Assembly (NCBI GenBank): GCA_938038035.1
Contig: CALHQV010000132.1
Coordinates: forward strand, 5,561-69,560
Direction: 5' to 3'
Source of the DNA: an uncultured Gemella sp.
GTDB lineage: Bacteria > Bacillota > Bacilli > Staphylococcales > Gemellaceae
DNA: 64,000 nt
Under the pieces are notes generated by a model. It worked only from the letters and a program-made list of their open reading frames with translations. It searched no databases and was not told the DNA's origin. A program made the position numbers and the translations under genes. Shown here in pieces: positions 9,753-19,809 of the stretch; position 1 is the stretch's first letter; the number at the start of each line of letters is the position of its first letter.

Positions 9753-11597
9753 ATGAAACAAATTAACCCATCTAAAATGAAACAAATCGAGCAATACGGA
9801 AATAAACAAAAACAACTCAAAGTAACACCTAACCCAGTTCATGAAAAACTTTTCAATGAAATCGTAGATAACATTACTACAGATATCATTGAAAACTCTG
9901 GTGTTAATAAAACCTACGAAGAGAACATCCGACATTTGACAGAAACAAATAAAGATGTGGCTAAAGTAGATATTTCTACAATCTTCAGTGCTATCAACGC
10001 GGCTATTGCCAACCCTAAGGATACAGAGTTGAAAGACAAGTATAAAGAACTTTATGCTCTCTATCAACCAAATGTGTTTATTGATGCTATTTTGAAGAAA
10101 GTATTCAAAGTAGTAAGTGATAGTGGTTATACTACTTTGCTTTCAGAAGATCGTAGTAGCTATTATTTGGCTGATGCGAAAACATTGCGTCCAGTAGCGC
10201 TCTTCCGTGACCAAAAAACGTATGACCGTCCAGTAGATTATAAATCTGCACACCCATTGGCTTATGCTATTTTCTTAACCAATGACAAAGGTGAATGGGA
10301 ACCCATTAAATACGATTTAACAGACTACACATTTAAAGAAGGTGATTATGATTTCTATCCAACGCGTAAAGCAGAAGATATCGACTTGGTTGAATATACT
10401 GGCATGGTGTCTTTGTATACTGACATCAATTATGCTTTTGGTATTATCAAATATCTCCAGAAATTAATGGAAAAAGTTAATGCTTCTGGTGAAGTGATTC
10501 AACCCAATTGGGCAATTGTACCAGTAGACATCGATACATTGGAATCTAATTATTGGTATAACGACGAAATTAAAATCTTCTCTGTTGAAGCAGATAGTTT
10601 GCGTCATTTCCCAAGTGGCGATAATTACATCACTGTAGGTATGGAAAATCTAGAAGGTGAAGATTTAGAAGATGTTTCATTTACAGAAGGTAATGTGACT
10701 GCCAAAGTCGCTAAGAAACTATCTCTTAAATCCAGTGTCAAACATGACACTCATACCGACTACGATGTGTTTGTCGTTGAAGTAACCGATACAGAAGGTA
10801 ATGATATTGTCAAGATGAATCCAGGTAACTTTTCAGATGCATTTAGTAGAGTTACGGAGCATGTCTATAAAATGCTTCCAAAAGAAAAAGGTTTGGTTAA
10901 ATCTGAAATTCTTAACCCAGTAGGTGGTGGTAATGTATTCTATATTATCCAACCATACGTTAAAGAAATTGTCCCATATATTGGAATGACACACGATATT
11001 GTATCAGGTATTCTTGAACCTCTTCACCATAGTTGTCTGATTGAATATTTGGTAGAACAAAACAGTGATAAAATCATTGATTTGATTCGTATGTTACCAC
11101 TCTTGAAACCAGGCACTAAGTTAACAGATATCAAAGAAAACTTGCTGTATCGTTTCTACGATTCGTTACATGAAGAATATGTAGGTTTTGGTGGTAGTAT
11201 TTTAACCGACCTTTATTTGGAATCTATACCGGCAGCGGAATTACACAATACTAAACCTTCTGATATCCAACTCGATACCAGTCTGTATTGTGTCTATACC
11301 ATTAATCCAGTAACTGCTGTAAAATATGGTATTGATAACAGTAATGTGATTCGTGCTAACAAAGATATCCCAAGTTTTGATTCTCTCTATGTGATTGCAT
11401 TTAAAACACGTGAAGAAGCACAAGCATTTATTGACGCTACTAAAAACCCATTACACTATTGTATTCTGGAAGATACCATTAGCTTTAGTAATGTGGTTGA
11501 AGTCAATAATCAACTCTATATGGAGTACAACCATAACTTCTTGGATTATGTCTTTGACGAAAATGGTAAAAAGAGCTTTATTAAACATGTCTTTTAA
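9753..11597 (+). CDS. Hypothetical protein
   Basis: 614 aa ORF, strong RBS, no motif recognised. Confidence 0.75.
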   Translation: MKQINPSKMKQIEQYGNKQKQLKVTPNPVHEKLFNEIVDNITTDIIENSGVNKTYEENIRHLTETNKDVAKVDISTIFSAINAAIANPKDTELKDKYKELYALYQPNVFIDAILKKVFKVVSDSGYTTLLSEDRSSYYLADAKTLRPVALFRDQKTYDRPVDYKSAHPLAYAIFLTNDKGEWEPIKYDLTDYTFKEGDYDFYPTRKAEDIDLVEYTGMVSLYTDINYAFGIIKYLQKLMEKVNASGEVIQPNWAIVPVDIDTLESNYWYNDEIKIFSVEADSLRHFPSGDNYITVGMENLEGEDLEDVSFTEGNVTAKVAKKLSLKSSVKHDTHTDYDVFVVEVTDTEGNDIVKMNPGNFSDAFSRVTEHVYKMLPKEKGLVKSEILNPVGGGNVFYIIQPYVKEIVPYIGMTHDIVSGILEPLHHSCLIEYLVEQNSDKIIDLIRMLPLLKPGTKLTDIKENLLYRFYDSLHEEYVGFGGSILTDLYLESIPAAELHNTKPSDIQLDTSLYCVYTINPVTAVKYGIDNSNVIRANKDIPSFDSLYVIAFKTREEAQAFIDATKNPLHYCILEDTISFSNVVEVNNQLYMEYNHNFLDYVFDENGKKSFIKHVF

Positions 11598-11621
11598 ACC
11601 ATCGAGCAGTAGATAAAATAT

Positions 11622-11647
11622 TTTCAAACCTATACTATTTTACTGAA
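11622..11647 (+). promoter_or_regulatory. Putative early promoter
   Basis: TTTCAAACCTATACTAT followed by hairpin actgaagga...tccttcagt. Confidence 0.7.
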
Positions 11648-11711
11648 GGAGACTAATCCTGTTTCCTTCAGTATTTTATTTAAACTTAATCTTTAAAAAG
11701 GAAACCTTAAA

Positions 11712-12209
11712 ATGGCTATTAATGAAACTGTAAAGAAAATCGCTGACGTAGTAGCGGAAAAACACCTCTCATTCGACGCAGAGACTCGCACATTGAAAAC
11801 CACTGGCAATGCAATGGAAAGTGCACTGGCAGTAATCAATGAAGAAGAAAAACTTGGTTTGGATGAAAAACAAATCAAGAATACCTTCACCGCCTTGAGT
11901 CTGTTTACAGCAGGTACCGGTTTGGCTACCGGTGAAGCTGGTATCAAAGAGATGAAGAAAGATAAGTCTCTGGATGCACTGACTGCTGAATTCGGTGTAA
12001 CCAAACAAGTGAAAGTGAAACATACTGTGTCACGTGATTATGAAATCACACCTATTCCACGTAATGGTGAGAAAGCTGAACCTGTTACCAAACATGGTCG
12101 TCTTGATACCAAGCTGGAAGTAGGTTCTGTAAAAGCTCGCTCTTCAGCTAACCTGGCAGCAGTTCGCGATCATCTGTATGCCCAAGGTGAAGAGAAACTG
12201 GGTAAGTAA
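11712..12209 (+). CDS. Hypothetical protein, probably highly expressed
   Basis: 165 aa, own promoter, strong RBS, biased codons (ctg, ttc, ggt), own terminator at 12229-12262. Confidence 0.75.
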   Translation: MAINETVKKIADVVAEKHLSFDAETRTLKTTGNAMESALAVINEEEKLGLDEKQIKNTFTALSLFTAGTGLATGEAGIKEMKKDKSLDALTAEFGVTKQVKVKHTVSRDYEITPIPRNGEKAEPVTKHGRLDTKLEVGSVKARSSANLAAVRDHLYAQGEEKLGK

Positions 12210-12308
12210 TCATTACTTATCTGTCTTGTATTCTAGGTAGGAAGCAAACCCTACCTAGAATATTTTTTAATTAAAATGTTTGCATTCTTATATAAAGGAA
12301 ACTTTAAA

Positions 12309-13103
12309 ATGGCTAAACTCACTAAATCTACTGTAGCTGCTGTATCTAAAGGTAAAAAAGAATCTGTAGCTAAACCTAAAACTACCCCTAAATCAACAGC
12401 TAAAGTAACTACTAAACCAGCTGCTAAAACACCCGTGGCGAAACAGACTCGTACACCACGTACTGCTAAACCAAAAGCAGTAAAACCAGAAACAAAACCT
12501 GTAGCTACTCCTGTTAAGGCTACTAAAACTCCTGTTAAAGCAGAAGTGAAAGCAAAACCAGTAGAAACTCCTAAGGTTGAAACTAAACCTAAAAAGCAAC
12601 GTAAACCACGTTCATTCAAAACGGATACTTCTAAGTTCCGTAAATACAACAATGAGCTTCGCATTAACCTGCGTAATTTGATTTACGATAAAGGTTATAC
12701 AATAGCTAAAGTTGCACGTGAAATGGGTGTTCTTCCACACTACTTGTTCAATGTATTAAAAATGAACAAGAAAGCGGAAAGTGGTAACGATGCAGTTGTT
12801 GTACTTGATATCGCATACGCTGTTTGTAGCGTAATTGGTGTTAACATCAGTTCTGTACTCCCAGAAGCTGAAATTGTAAATCCAATTTACAAATCAAAAA
12901 CCGATGTCAATGACAAAGTGAATGAGTTGCAAGAAGAAAATGTTAAATTAAATTTCCTTCTCACTCAAACCAAAAACCAGTTTGATACTCAATCTGTTAA
13001 ATTGGCTAAAACCGAAGCTAAGGTGACTAAGTTAGAAAAGATTAAAGACAAACTTGCTTCTCTTCTTAAAGCTATTGAAGAGTTGGAAGAATCTAAATCT
13101 TGA
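12309..13103 (+). CDS. Putative DNA-binding protein: H1-like K/A/P/T-rich arm + XRE-type HTH + coiled coil
   Basis: About 100 aa KPK/TPK/AK low-complexity N-terminus; LRNLIYDKGYTIAKVAREMGVLPHYLFNVLK HTH pattern; heptad C-terminus; RBS supports start at 12309. Confidence 0.7.
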   Translation: MAKLTKSTVAAVSKGKKESVAKPKTTPKSTAKVTTKPAAKTPVAKQTRTPRTAKPKAVKPETKPVATPVKATKTPVKAEVKAKPVETPKVETKPKKQRKPRSFKTDTSKFRKYNNELRINLRNLIYDKGYTIAKVAREMGVLPHYLFNVLKMNKKAESGNDAVVVLDIAYAVCSVIGVNISSVLPEAEIVNPIYKSKTDVNDKVNELQEENVKLNFLLTQTKNQFDTQSVKLAKTEAKVTKLEKIKDKLASLLKAIEELEESKS

Positions 13104-13116
13104 TTAAAAGAGAGGA

Positions 13117-13173
13117 GTAACTTACGGTGTTTACACCTAAGTCGCCTGAATTAATTTAGATTAATTCAGGTAA
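13117..13173 (+). repeat. GTAACTTA/TAAGTCGCC hairpin repeat element, locus 1
   Basis: gtaactta-(ggtgt tt acacc)-taagtcgcc-(tgaattaat..attaattca)-ggtaa, nested in an aaaagagagga/tcctctctttt stem. Confidence 0.7.
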
Positions 13174-13203
13174 TCCTCTCTTTTTTATAAAAGGAAACCA
13201 AAC

Positions 13204-13911
13204 ATGAATAAGCAGCAAGAGTTAATGTCTTTGTTTAAAGAGTACATTGCTAAAACCAGTGATACACTTTATCGAGACATCTATATTGAAAATAGTGTCA
13301 TCACCGATATTATTAAAGTGATGAATACGTCATTTTACGTATTATACCATAACCGATTAGATGAGTTGTCCAATCGATTCAGTAAATTTGTAGAAGAATA
13401 CAAAAATAAGGAATATCTTCCTACTTTTTTGTTAGATACAGATTACTCAGAATTAATTAGCGATGATAAAATCAAAGTAACTACCAAAGACTGGGTAGTT
13501 TCTACTTTGTTTATTATCCGCATTTTCTTGAAAGAAGAATCCAGTTCCTCTTCTTGGCAAGATTCTAAGATTCTGGATATCTTCCAAGGTCTTTTGAATG
13601 AAACCCTTGACCGTGAGATTAATAATCTTAACGCACGTAAGAAACCACTGAATGAAGATGAAGAAAATCTCTTGATTATTATTTCCTCTATCAGTGTTTA
13701 CTGTGTAGCTGAGGGCTTGGATTCACCATTGGGACAACGTGAGGTAAACCTAGCATTTAAAGAAGCAATCAATCATTGTTTTAGTAATTGTTATCTTACC
13801 AAAGAATCAATTGAGTTTATTACCAGCAAATGTGGTAAACGCTTAGGTAATAAAATGAAACGATTGTTGAATAAGGTATCGATTTCTTCAATTTCAGAAT
13901 ACATCTTATAA
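13204..13911 (+). CDS. Hypothetical protein
   Basis: 235 aa, AAAAGGAAA RBS. Confidence 0.7.
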   Translation: MNKQQELMSLFKEYIAKTSDTLYRDIYIENSVITDIIKVMNTSFYVLYHNRLDELSNRFSKFVEEYKNKEYLPTFLLDTDYSELISDDKIKVTTKDWVVSTLFIIRIFLKEESSSSSWQDSKILDIFQGLLNETLDREINNLNARKKPLNEDEENLLIIISSISVYCVAEGLDSPLGQREVNLAFKEAINHCFSNCYLTKESIEFITSKCGKRLGNKMKRLLNKVSISSISEYIL

Positions 13912-13918
13912 GGTGCTT

Positions 13919-14689
13919 ATGATGAATATAACGGAGAAATACACTTTTACATCTAGTGAAAACCAAAATGTAGAAGAAGTCATCAAACTAGATAGACATC
14001 TTATCGATATTGAAAACGTAATGGTCGAATCACTTGAAGCTTTTACCAAAAGAGGAAAAGATGTTCGAGTGATAGACTACGAAAATGAAGGTAAGCTTAA
14101 TATTACTAAGTATTACTTCCCACTAGGAATGATGTCTATAGCTTATTCACGCACGTTGTTTTCATTTGAAAAACAAACAATAGATACATTGTTAAACAAG
14201 TTATCAGGTGGTGAAACCATTAATTGGAAAACAGAACACGTCAATATAACGTATGCTAGATGGATGCATTCTGTTAAATCCAATTTCTATCACCTATCTG
14301 AAGAGTACAGTAATGGTAAGGAATTAAAAGTCTTAGACTTTTGTAGACGTGTAGTCGTTGTTAAAGACGAGGAACGTAATACAAGATATGGCTTTGTATT
14401 CCTTACTTTACCATTATCTTACGATAAATCATTGTTAGCAACAGCGTCTAGTACGTACTTCTACATGTTACCACAAGAACCTGTTCAGTGGATATGTGAA
14501 GAAAATGAAGAACACAATGTAGTTATAGACAACTATCTTAACGTACCTGAAGTTTCAGATGAAGAATGTATAGATAATCCAGGATATAAACTGTATAATC
14601 AAACATTCATTGATTTTGAAATTGTACACTGGCAAACATACGTTAAAGATAAACTATATAACGGAAAAGATAAAAAGTATGTTAATTGA
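13919..14689 (+). CDS. Hypothetical protein
   Basis: About 256 aa, AAGG upstream of ATG 13919. Confidence 0.7.
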   Translation: MMNITEKYTFTSSENQNVEEVIKLDRHLIDIENVMVESLEAFTKRGKDVRVIDYENEGKLNITKYYFPLGMMSIAYSRTLFSFEKQTIDTLLNKLSGGETINWKTEHVNITYARWMHSVKSNFYHLSEEYSNGKELKVLDFCRRVVVVKDEERNTRYGFVFLTLPLSYDKSLLATASSTYFYMLPQEPVQWICEENEEHNVVIDNYLNVPEVSDEECIDNPGYKLYNQTFIDFEIVHWQTYVKDKLYNGKDKKYVN

Positions 14690-14695
14690 TAGACA

Positions 14696-14727
14696 CTATA
14701 GTAGAGAGGATAACCTCTCTACTATAG
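14696..14727. terminator. Bidirectional hairpin terminator
   Basis: ctatagtagagagg-ataa-cctctctactatag between convergent genes. Confidence 0.75.
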
Positions 14728-14742
14728 CTATCTTTTAATCTT

Positions 14743-15339
14743 TTATTTTTTATCTACTTTGTAAGTTAAGAATACAGTTAGATGGTTGGTAGATTCCATA
14801 AGTTCGTAAAGAGCAGGTGCATTAATCTTCACTTGGTCTACACCAAGATTACCATGGATAAACAGAATTAAAATAACATGTTTATTACCACGTACAATCA
14901 AGTCTTTAATTAATTCTACATCTTCATCTTTTACCAAATGGTGTTCCATGGTAAAGATAATAGGATGTGGTACACCTTTAGCTAAACCAGCTACTTCGTG
15001 GATAATGTTGTAAATACCGATACCCATTGGATTGACACTCTCAACAGACAAATGTGTATCTTGTACAACAGCAGGTGTATCAGCAATACCAGTAACTACA
15101 TCATTGCGACCTAGTTTATAGTTAAAATCAGCAGAACTACCATCTAAATCACGACCTAATGATTCTACCATTTCCTCTTTACCGTCTTTTGCATACATGT
15201 CATTTAGCTTCTTAGCCACAGATGTTGCAAAATCACCGTAGACAGGTACATCGTAATTATTTTTTTCAATATCGGAGTTAATGCTTTCTAAACTCAAATC
15301 ACCAATATATTTCATTTTACCAAATACATGAATGGACAT
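14743..15339 (-). CDS. Putative virion/head protein (phiKZ gp41-like position)
   Basis: 198 aa; LSLES and LSVES resemble S-x-E head-protease sites; synteny. Confidence 0.5.
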   Translation of the reverse strand: MSIHVFGKMKYIGDLSLESINSDIEKNNYDVPVYGDFATSVAKKLNDMYAKDGKEEMVESLGRDLDGSSADFNYKLGRNDVVTGIADTPAVVQDTHLSVESVNPMGIGIYNIIHEVAGLAKGVPHPIIFTMEHHLVKDEDVELIKDLIVRGNKHVILILFIHGNLGVDQVKINAPALYELMESTNHLTVFLTYKVDKK

Positions 15340-15351
15340 TTCTAATTCCTT

Positions 15352-16167
15352 TTAAATATTATTAGGGACTAACATTTGCATGAAGTCATATTTCATTTCC
15401 TCATTACCCAACCACTGGATACGAGAGGCATATTTTAATTCTTCCAAATACAATTCATTAGCGTCAGCATAGCTATCAATAAATTGCATAAATTCACCTA
15501 GTTCTGCACCACCGTCTAGTTTAGCTTGACCAATTCTGATTTTTAACTTACGGTAAATATAAGCCTTAGTAGCTAACAATACTAATTTCTTAATATAGTC
15601 AGCAGCAGTAATAGGGATATTATTTAACTGAGGGTCATTTTCAATAATTAACTCAATATAACAGTTTGTAGTAATATAACTGGTACGTCTGATTCTAAAA
15701 GAGTTACCTGAAATCATGTCTACTTTAACTTCGTAATTCAAAGGTAAACCACCTGTAGCATTTGCCATCTTTTGTGCACCTGTTAAGATAGCACCACCAC
15801 TAGAAGTAGGCATACTTAAACCACCGGTACCAATGCCGCCTGTTTCAGTATATAAGTCTAATAGGTTAACACCCAAAACAGTAATAATTTTTCGATTATT
15901 GGTTACTTCATCAGGAACAGTAACAATCCAATCAGTAGGTGTTACCATTTCTACTTTACAGTCACGCATAGGGACATTAAGTTTGGTAGCATACTCAATA
16001 TTCAAGTCAGGCATAACTCGTTTATTGATAACTTCCTGTATAATCATTGCATCTGCACTAACAGGTGCAAATCTATTTTTACGAAAAGGAATGACAAATG
16101 CCTCTTCGATAATCTCATCAGGTATTTCATTATAGATATTGTTAATTGAAAGTGATAACATACTCAT
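15352..16167 (-). CDS. Putative structural protein (phiKZ gp42-like position)
   Basis: AAGGAG RBS supports start at 16167; TATG motif at 16198-16201 (minus strand); synteny. Confidence 0.55.
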   Translation of the reverse strand: MSMLSLSINNIYNEIPDEIIEEAFVIPFRKNRFAPVSADAMIIQEVINKRVMPDLNIEYATKLNVPMRDCKVEMVTPTDWIVTVPDEVTNNRKIITVLGVNLLDLYTETGGIGTGGLSMPTSSGGAILTGAQKMANATGGLPLNYEVKVDMISGNSFRIRRTSYITTNCYIELIIENDPQLNNIPITAADYIKKLVLLATKAYIYRKLKIRIGQAKLDGGAELGEFMQFIDSYADANELYLEELKYASRIQWLGNEEMKYDFMQMLVPNNI

Positions 16168-16315
16168 CACAAACTCCTTATAAAACTGTGTAATATTCAT
16201 ACGTTACTCTATTTTTATTCTCGTATATATTATTAACTTGAAGACGGTTTTTTCGTAGAAATATTTACGGGAAAAGAAAATTATGAAGAGTAATTATTTA
16301 TAAAAAGGAAATAGA

Positions 16316-16993
16316 ATGTCCGATATTTTACCCTCCCAAGAAATTATTAAATGGCCAAATCCATTGGAAGAAGTCAAACGCATTATGCAATATGCTACTG
16401 TGTTACTAGATTATCCAGAGGGATTTGAAGAAGATTTGGTAAAAGCTGGTCTTAATACCGAACCTAAACAAACAAGAAGGAGTGAAGTCATTGCGGCTAT
16501 TGCTTCTAATATTAAAGACCACCAATATAAACTAACTTCTGTTAATTGGTTTACTAATCTGGGTATTAATCATGTTTACCATGAAGAATTATTGAAACTA
16601 GATATCTATCTTAGTCGGTGGAATTATCTTAAAGTTTTGGAAATGATTGTTGGTTATTGGTTAACTAAATACCGCCAAATGTGGGTATTTAATAACTTAG
16701 GTCGATATCCACTTAATGCCAATAAACTAATGGATGAGATTAAGCATTATCAAGAAGATGAAAAAGATGAAATCAGCTATAAAGTTACATTAGGTGGTTT
16801 AGAAGAATTGGCACTCACCAATACTCTTGAAGAAGTATTTCCAGAAACCATCAAAGCATTAAATGCTGCTTACGAAATGTCTGATACATCTACGTATTTC
16901 TTAGATGAAAGAAACATCGATAAAAACGGATTGGTTATTCCTATTACCTTCGTGATAGACCCAATCTATCTTAGTATTATATTTGCTCACTAA
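16316..16993 (+). CDS. Hypothetical protein
   Basis: 225 aa, RBS, promoter-like TATATTAT-N5-TG near 16226. Confidence 0.7.
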   Translation: MSDILPSQEIIKWPNPLEEVKRIMQYATVLLDYPEGFEEDLVKAGLNTEPKQTRRSEVIAAIASNIKDHQYKLTSVNWFTNLGINHVYHEELLKLDIYLSRWNYLKVLEMIVGYWLTKYRQMWVFNNLGRYPLNANKLMDEIKHYQEDEKDEISYKVTLGGLEELALTNTLEEVFPETIKALNAAYEMSDTSTYFLDERNIDKNGLVIPITFVIDPIYLSIIFAH

Positions 16994-17004
16994 GCGAGAG
17001 AACA

Positions 17005-17925
17005 ATGGATTTTGAAAAACAATTACTGGAAGAAAATGGGCATTACATTGATGTTAGTCCTACTGTTTCAGTACACAACATTTCCCATATCCTAGATGCA
17101 TTGGATATTTTACTGATTAATCATGGTAATGAAATCCACAGTGAAACAGCATATGGCGGATATGGTTTCTATAATCCTATTACAGGTGAGAAACTAATAG
17201 AAGAAGGCAAATCTTATTATTTAGAATCAGATAATGAAGTCGTTGTCTTTGAACAAAATGAACAAACGATTAATCAATTCTATCGTAATAATGTCTACCA
17301 ATTGACTGATGGTAGAATTAAAGATAAGTTGATTCATCGTAAAAAAGACAACCGTAATATTACGATTGCTACAAACCATCGGTATTGTAGTATTTCTATT
17401 ATCAATAAGATTTGTCAACATGTTACAACATCCCATCTACCAGAACAATATGGTGGGACAAACAAGTATCGTTTAATTACAGACATTATTCGAGAATATT
17501 TCCAACCTGTAATGGCTGAATTCTCTAAAGTCAAAGAAATCATTTCTAGTCTAAATATTCCAGTTGGTTTAAATACACATCCTGTATATAGATTACTTAT
17601 GGAAGTTATTGATGACATTAATGATTTCGTCGCCATTCTTAAAGATAAGACACCACGTTTATTGTGCCAGTGTATGCACTATCGTGGATATCTTTTGGTA
17701 ATTAATTACGGTGACTTCCGTATTGTGGAATGGGAACTCATGAAGATGATGAATGTAGACAGAGCAACCAGTGTTTGTCAAGATGATTCATTTAATGCTT
17801 CTAATACCAGTATGATTTCAGCCATGCCACAACCGATTACTTTAAATATTTTGGATAGTTATTTAGAGATGACAAAGAAAGAATGCTTAGTTAAATACGA
17901 GAGCTTACTTTTAACTTTAATGTAA
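17005..17925 (+). CDS. Hypothetical protein
   Basis: 306 aa ORF in operon. Confidence 0.7.
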   Translation: MDFEKQLLEENGHYIDVSPTVSVHNISHILDALDILLINHGNEIHSETAYGGYGFYNPITGEKLIEEGKSYYLESDNEVVVFEQNEQTINQFYRNNVYQLTDGRIKDKLIHRKKDNRNITIATNHRYCSISIINKICQHVTTSHLPEQYGGTNKYRLITDIIREYFQPVMAEFSKVKEIISSLNIPVGLNTHPVYRLLMEVIDDINDFVAILKDKTPRLLCQCMHYRGYLLVINYGDFRIVEWELMKMMNVDRATSVCQDDSFNASNTSMISAMPQPITLNILDSYLEMTKKECLVKYESLLLTLM

Positions 17926-17946
17926 CTATTTCAAAACGAGAAGGAA

Positions 17947-18384
17947 ATGAAAACCGATATCCCTTATCTGGATTCATTTGAAAAGAATACGGTAGTAGGT
18001 GTAGTAGACGTCTCTGTAATGGACTTATACTTACACTTACACCGCGTTCTTTCTAATAGAGAACTTAAGCAAGGTTCTTTTTTTTTAAGAGAATTAGGGT
18101 ACGAATCTTTAGATAGTTTAATTAGAGAGTTTGTACCTAGATTATTCGATGAAGTTTTTTTAGATAAAGATAATGATGCTTATACTGACTTTGCAGATAT
18201 ACTGGCCAATATGGGTTTATCATTATCTGAAATCGATACGGCTGTAGATATTTTAATTGGCGTAACTACACCTATTTTTAACCAAGTAATTTTTGACGAT
18301 AAGACAAAGTTCTTTGCTTCTATTTCGTCAAATGAGAAAGATTTAATCCCGACTATGCGAATCAGTTACTTGAACACAACTTAA
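17947..18384 (+). CDS. Hypothetical protein
   Basis: 145 aa, AAGGA RBS. Confidence 0.7.
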   Translation: MKTDIPYLDSFEKNTVVGVVDVSVMDLYLHLHRVLSNRELKQGSFFLRELGYESLDSLIREFVPRLFDEVFLDKDNDAYTDFADILANMGLSLSEIDTAVDILIGVTTPIFNQVIFDDKTKFFASISSNEKDLIPTMRISYLNTT

Positions 18385-18422
18385 CCAACTTAACTTTTAT
18401 TCATTCTAAGAGGTAAACCATT

Positions 18423-18833
18423 ATGTCATTAGGAAGTTTTAAAATCAATAAAGTAGAAATTCCAGATAGTCTAGATACAGTGTGCAATATTGTTGAAAAC
18501 ATTGTACAAGAATCTATTAGCAAACTGGCTGTTATTGATTTCATTATTCGTCAAGCAATTTCTAAATTACATGAAGATTTAGATATTAAACAAATCGCTG
18601 CAGAAATTGCTGAAGTTATTTTGTTTACAGAAGCATTCTCAGTAAGTTTACCTCTTTATCAAAACACACCAATAGTATCATCTGCTTACCTACGAATAAA
18701 ATCTTGTTTAATAGATATTGTTAGTTGTTTATTTGAATATTTAGAAAAGAGCCATTATCGAAGCAGTTATCTAGAAGATAATAAAGTCGTATCAGTGTTT
18801 GACTTAACTATACTAGAGATAATCCATGAGTAA
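18423..18833 (+). CDS. Hypothetical protein
   Basis: 136 aa, GAGG RBS. Confidence 0.65.
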   Translation: MSLGSFKINKVEIPDSLDTVCNIVENIVQESISKLAVIDFIIRQAISKLHEDLDIKQIAAEIAEVILFTEAFSVSLPLYQNTPIVSSAYLRIKSCLIDIVSCLFEYLEKSHYRSSYLEDNKVVSVFDLTILEIIHE

Positions 18834-19356
18834 TCGAACCTACGACATCAATCACTTTAGAAGCTTTAGAAGAAATAATCTTGGCAAATTAATTAACAGT
18901 GAAATTGAAAAAAGGAACCAAAAACTCGAAAGTGAAATAGTAGATAGATTTATTAATTTACCCGATGAGTTTATCCTAACTGATGGGAATGCTATTTTAA
19001 AATGCTTTAGAATGATAAATCAGCAAATCAGATTTAATGTTCAAGAGTTTTTTGATTACATGATGTATTTTAATACTCTACTTAATAGCTTTCCTTTTCA
19101 ATATTTCTACAATAAAGAAAACATTTATAAAGTAATACGAGAAACACCTTACGATAAAATGTTTGAATTTAGTAAAAACAGCGGTGAAGTAGAAACATTG
19201 AAAGAAATCAGTGTCAATATTTTTATTACCATTATTAACACCATTATTAATGAAAAGCTCTATATTGAAATTAATGGCCAGTTAATAATGTGTTATCGCA
19301 TTCGTAACTGGGATCAATTTTCAATTACTTTAATTAAATATAACCCATGGATATAA
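18826..19356 (+). CDS. Hypothetical protein
   Basis: 176 aa, overlaps upstream stop. Confidence 0.65.
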   Translation: MSNRTYDINHFRSFRRNNLGKLINSEIEKRNQKLESEIVDRFINLPDEFILTDGNAILKCFRMINQQIRFNVQEFFDYMMYFNTLLNSFPFQYFYNKENIYKVIRETPYDKMFEFSKNSGEVETLKEISVNIFITIINTIINEKLYIEINGQLIMCYRIRNWDQFSITLIKYNPWI

Positions 19357-19360
19357 AATC

Positions 19361-19795
19361 ATGACAAATACAGCAAATCCAACGAAGACTATTCGACAAC
19401 TAGAAGTAGGTAAAGTATATTCATTTGATACCTATTCACCAGAAGTATTAGGTACTCGCTTAATTAACGTAGAGTGTCTAGCAGTAATGAATGCACAAAC
19501 AGCCATTTCTTCAGGTCTAGACATTAAGTCATTCCATGAAAGAATGAAACCACACCTACCACCAGGTTATAATAATAATCCATTTGACATGACTTATGTC
19601 AAGCTAGTGAGTGTAGACGGTAAAGAAACAATCTATGCAATGGATTGGATTAATCGTTCTACTATTCAAGAAACGTCTCCTAATAAGATTACAGTGACTA
19701 TTAATGGTGTATCTAATAATGACGTTGAAATTATTCGTAAGGCATTAACCATGCAAGGATATACTGATATTTCAATCGTATTATCAGAACGTTAA
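19361..19795 (+). CDS. Conserved protein (phiKZ gp49-like position)
   Basis: 144 aa, last gene of the operon before the polymerase; synteny. Confidence 0.55.
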   Translation: MTNTANPTKTIRQLEVGKVYSFDTYSPEVLGTRLINVECLAVMNAQTAISSGLDIKSFHERMKPHLPPGYNNNPFDMTYVKLVSVDGKETIYAMDWINRSTIQETSPNKITVTINGVSNNDVEIIRKALTMQGYTDISIVLSER

Positions 19796-19809
19796 TTTAC
19801 ACTATATAT

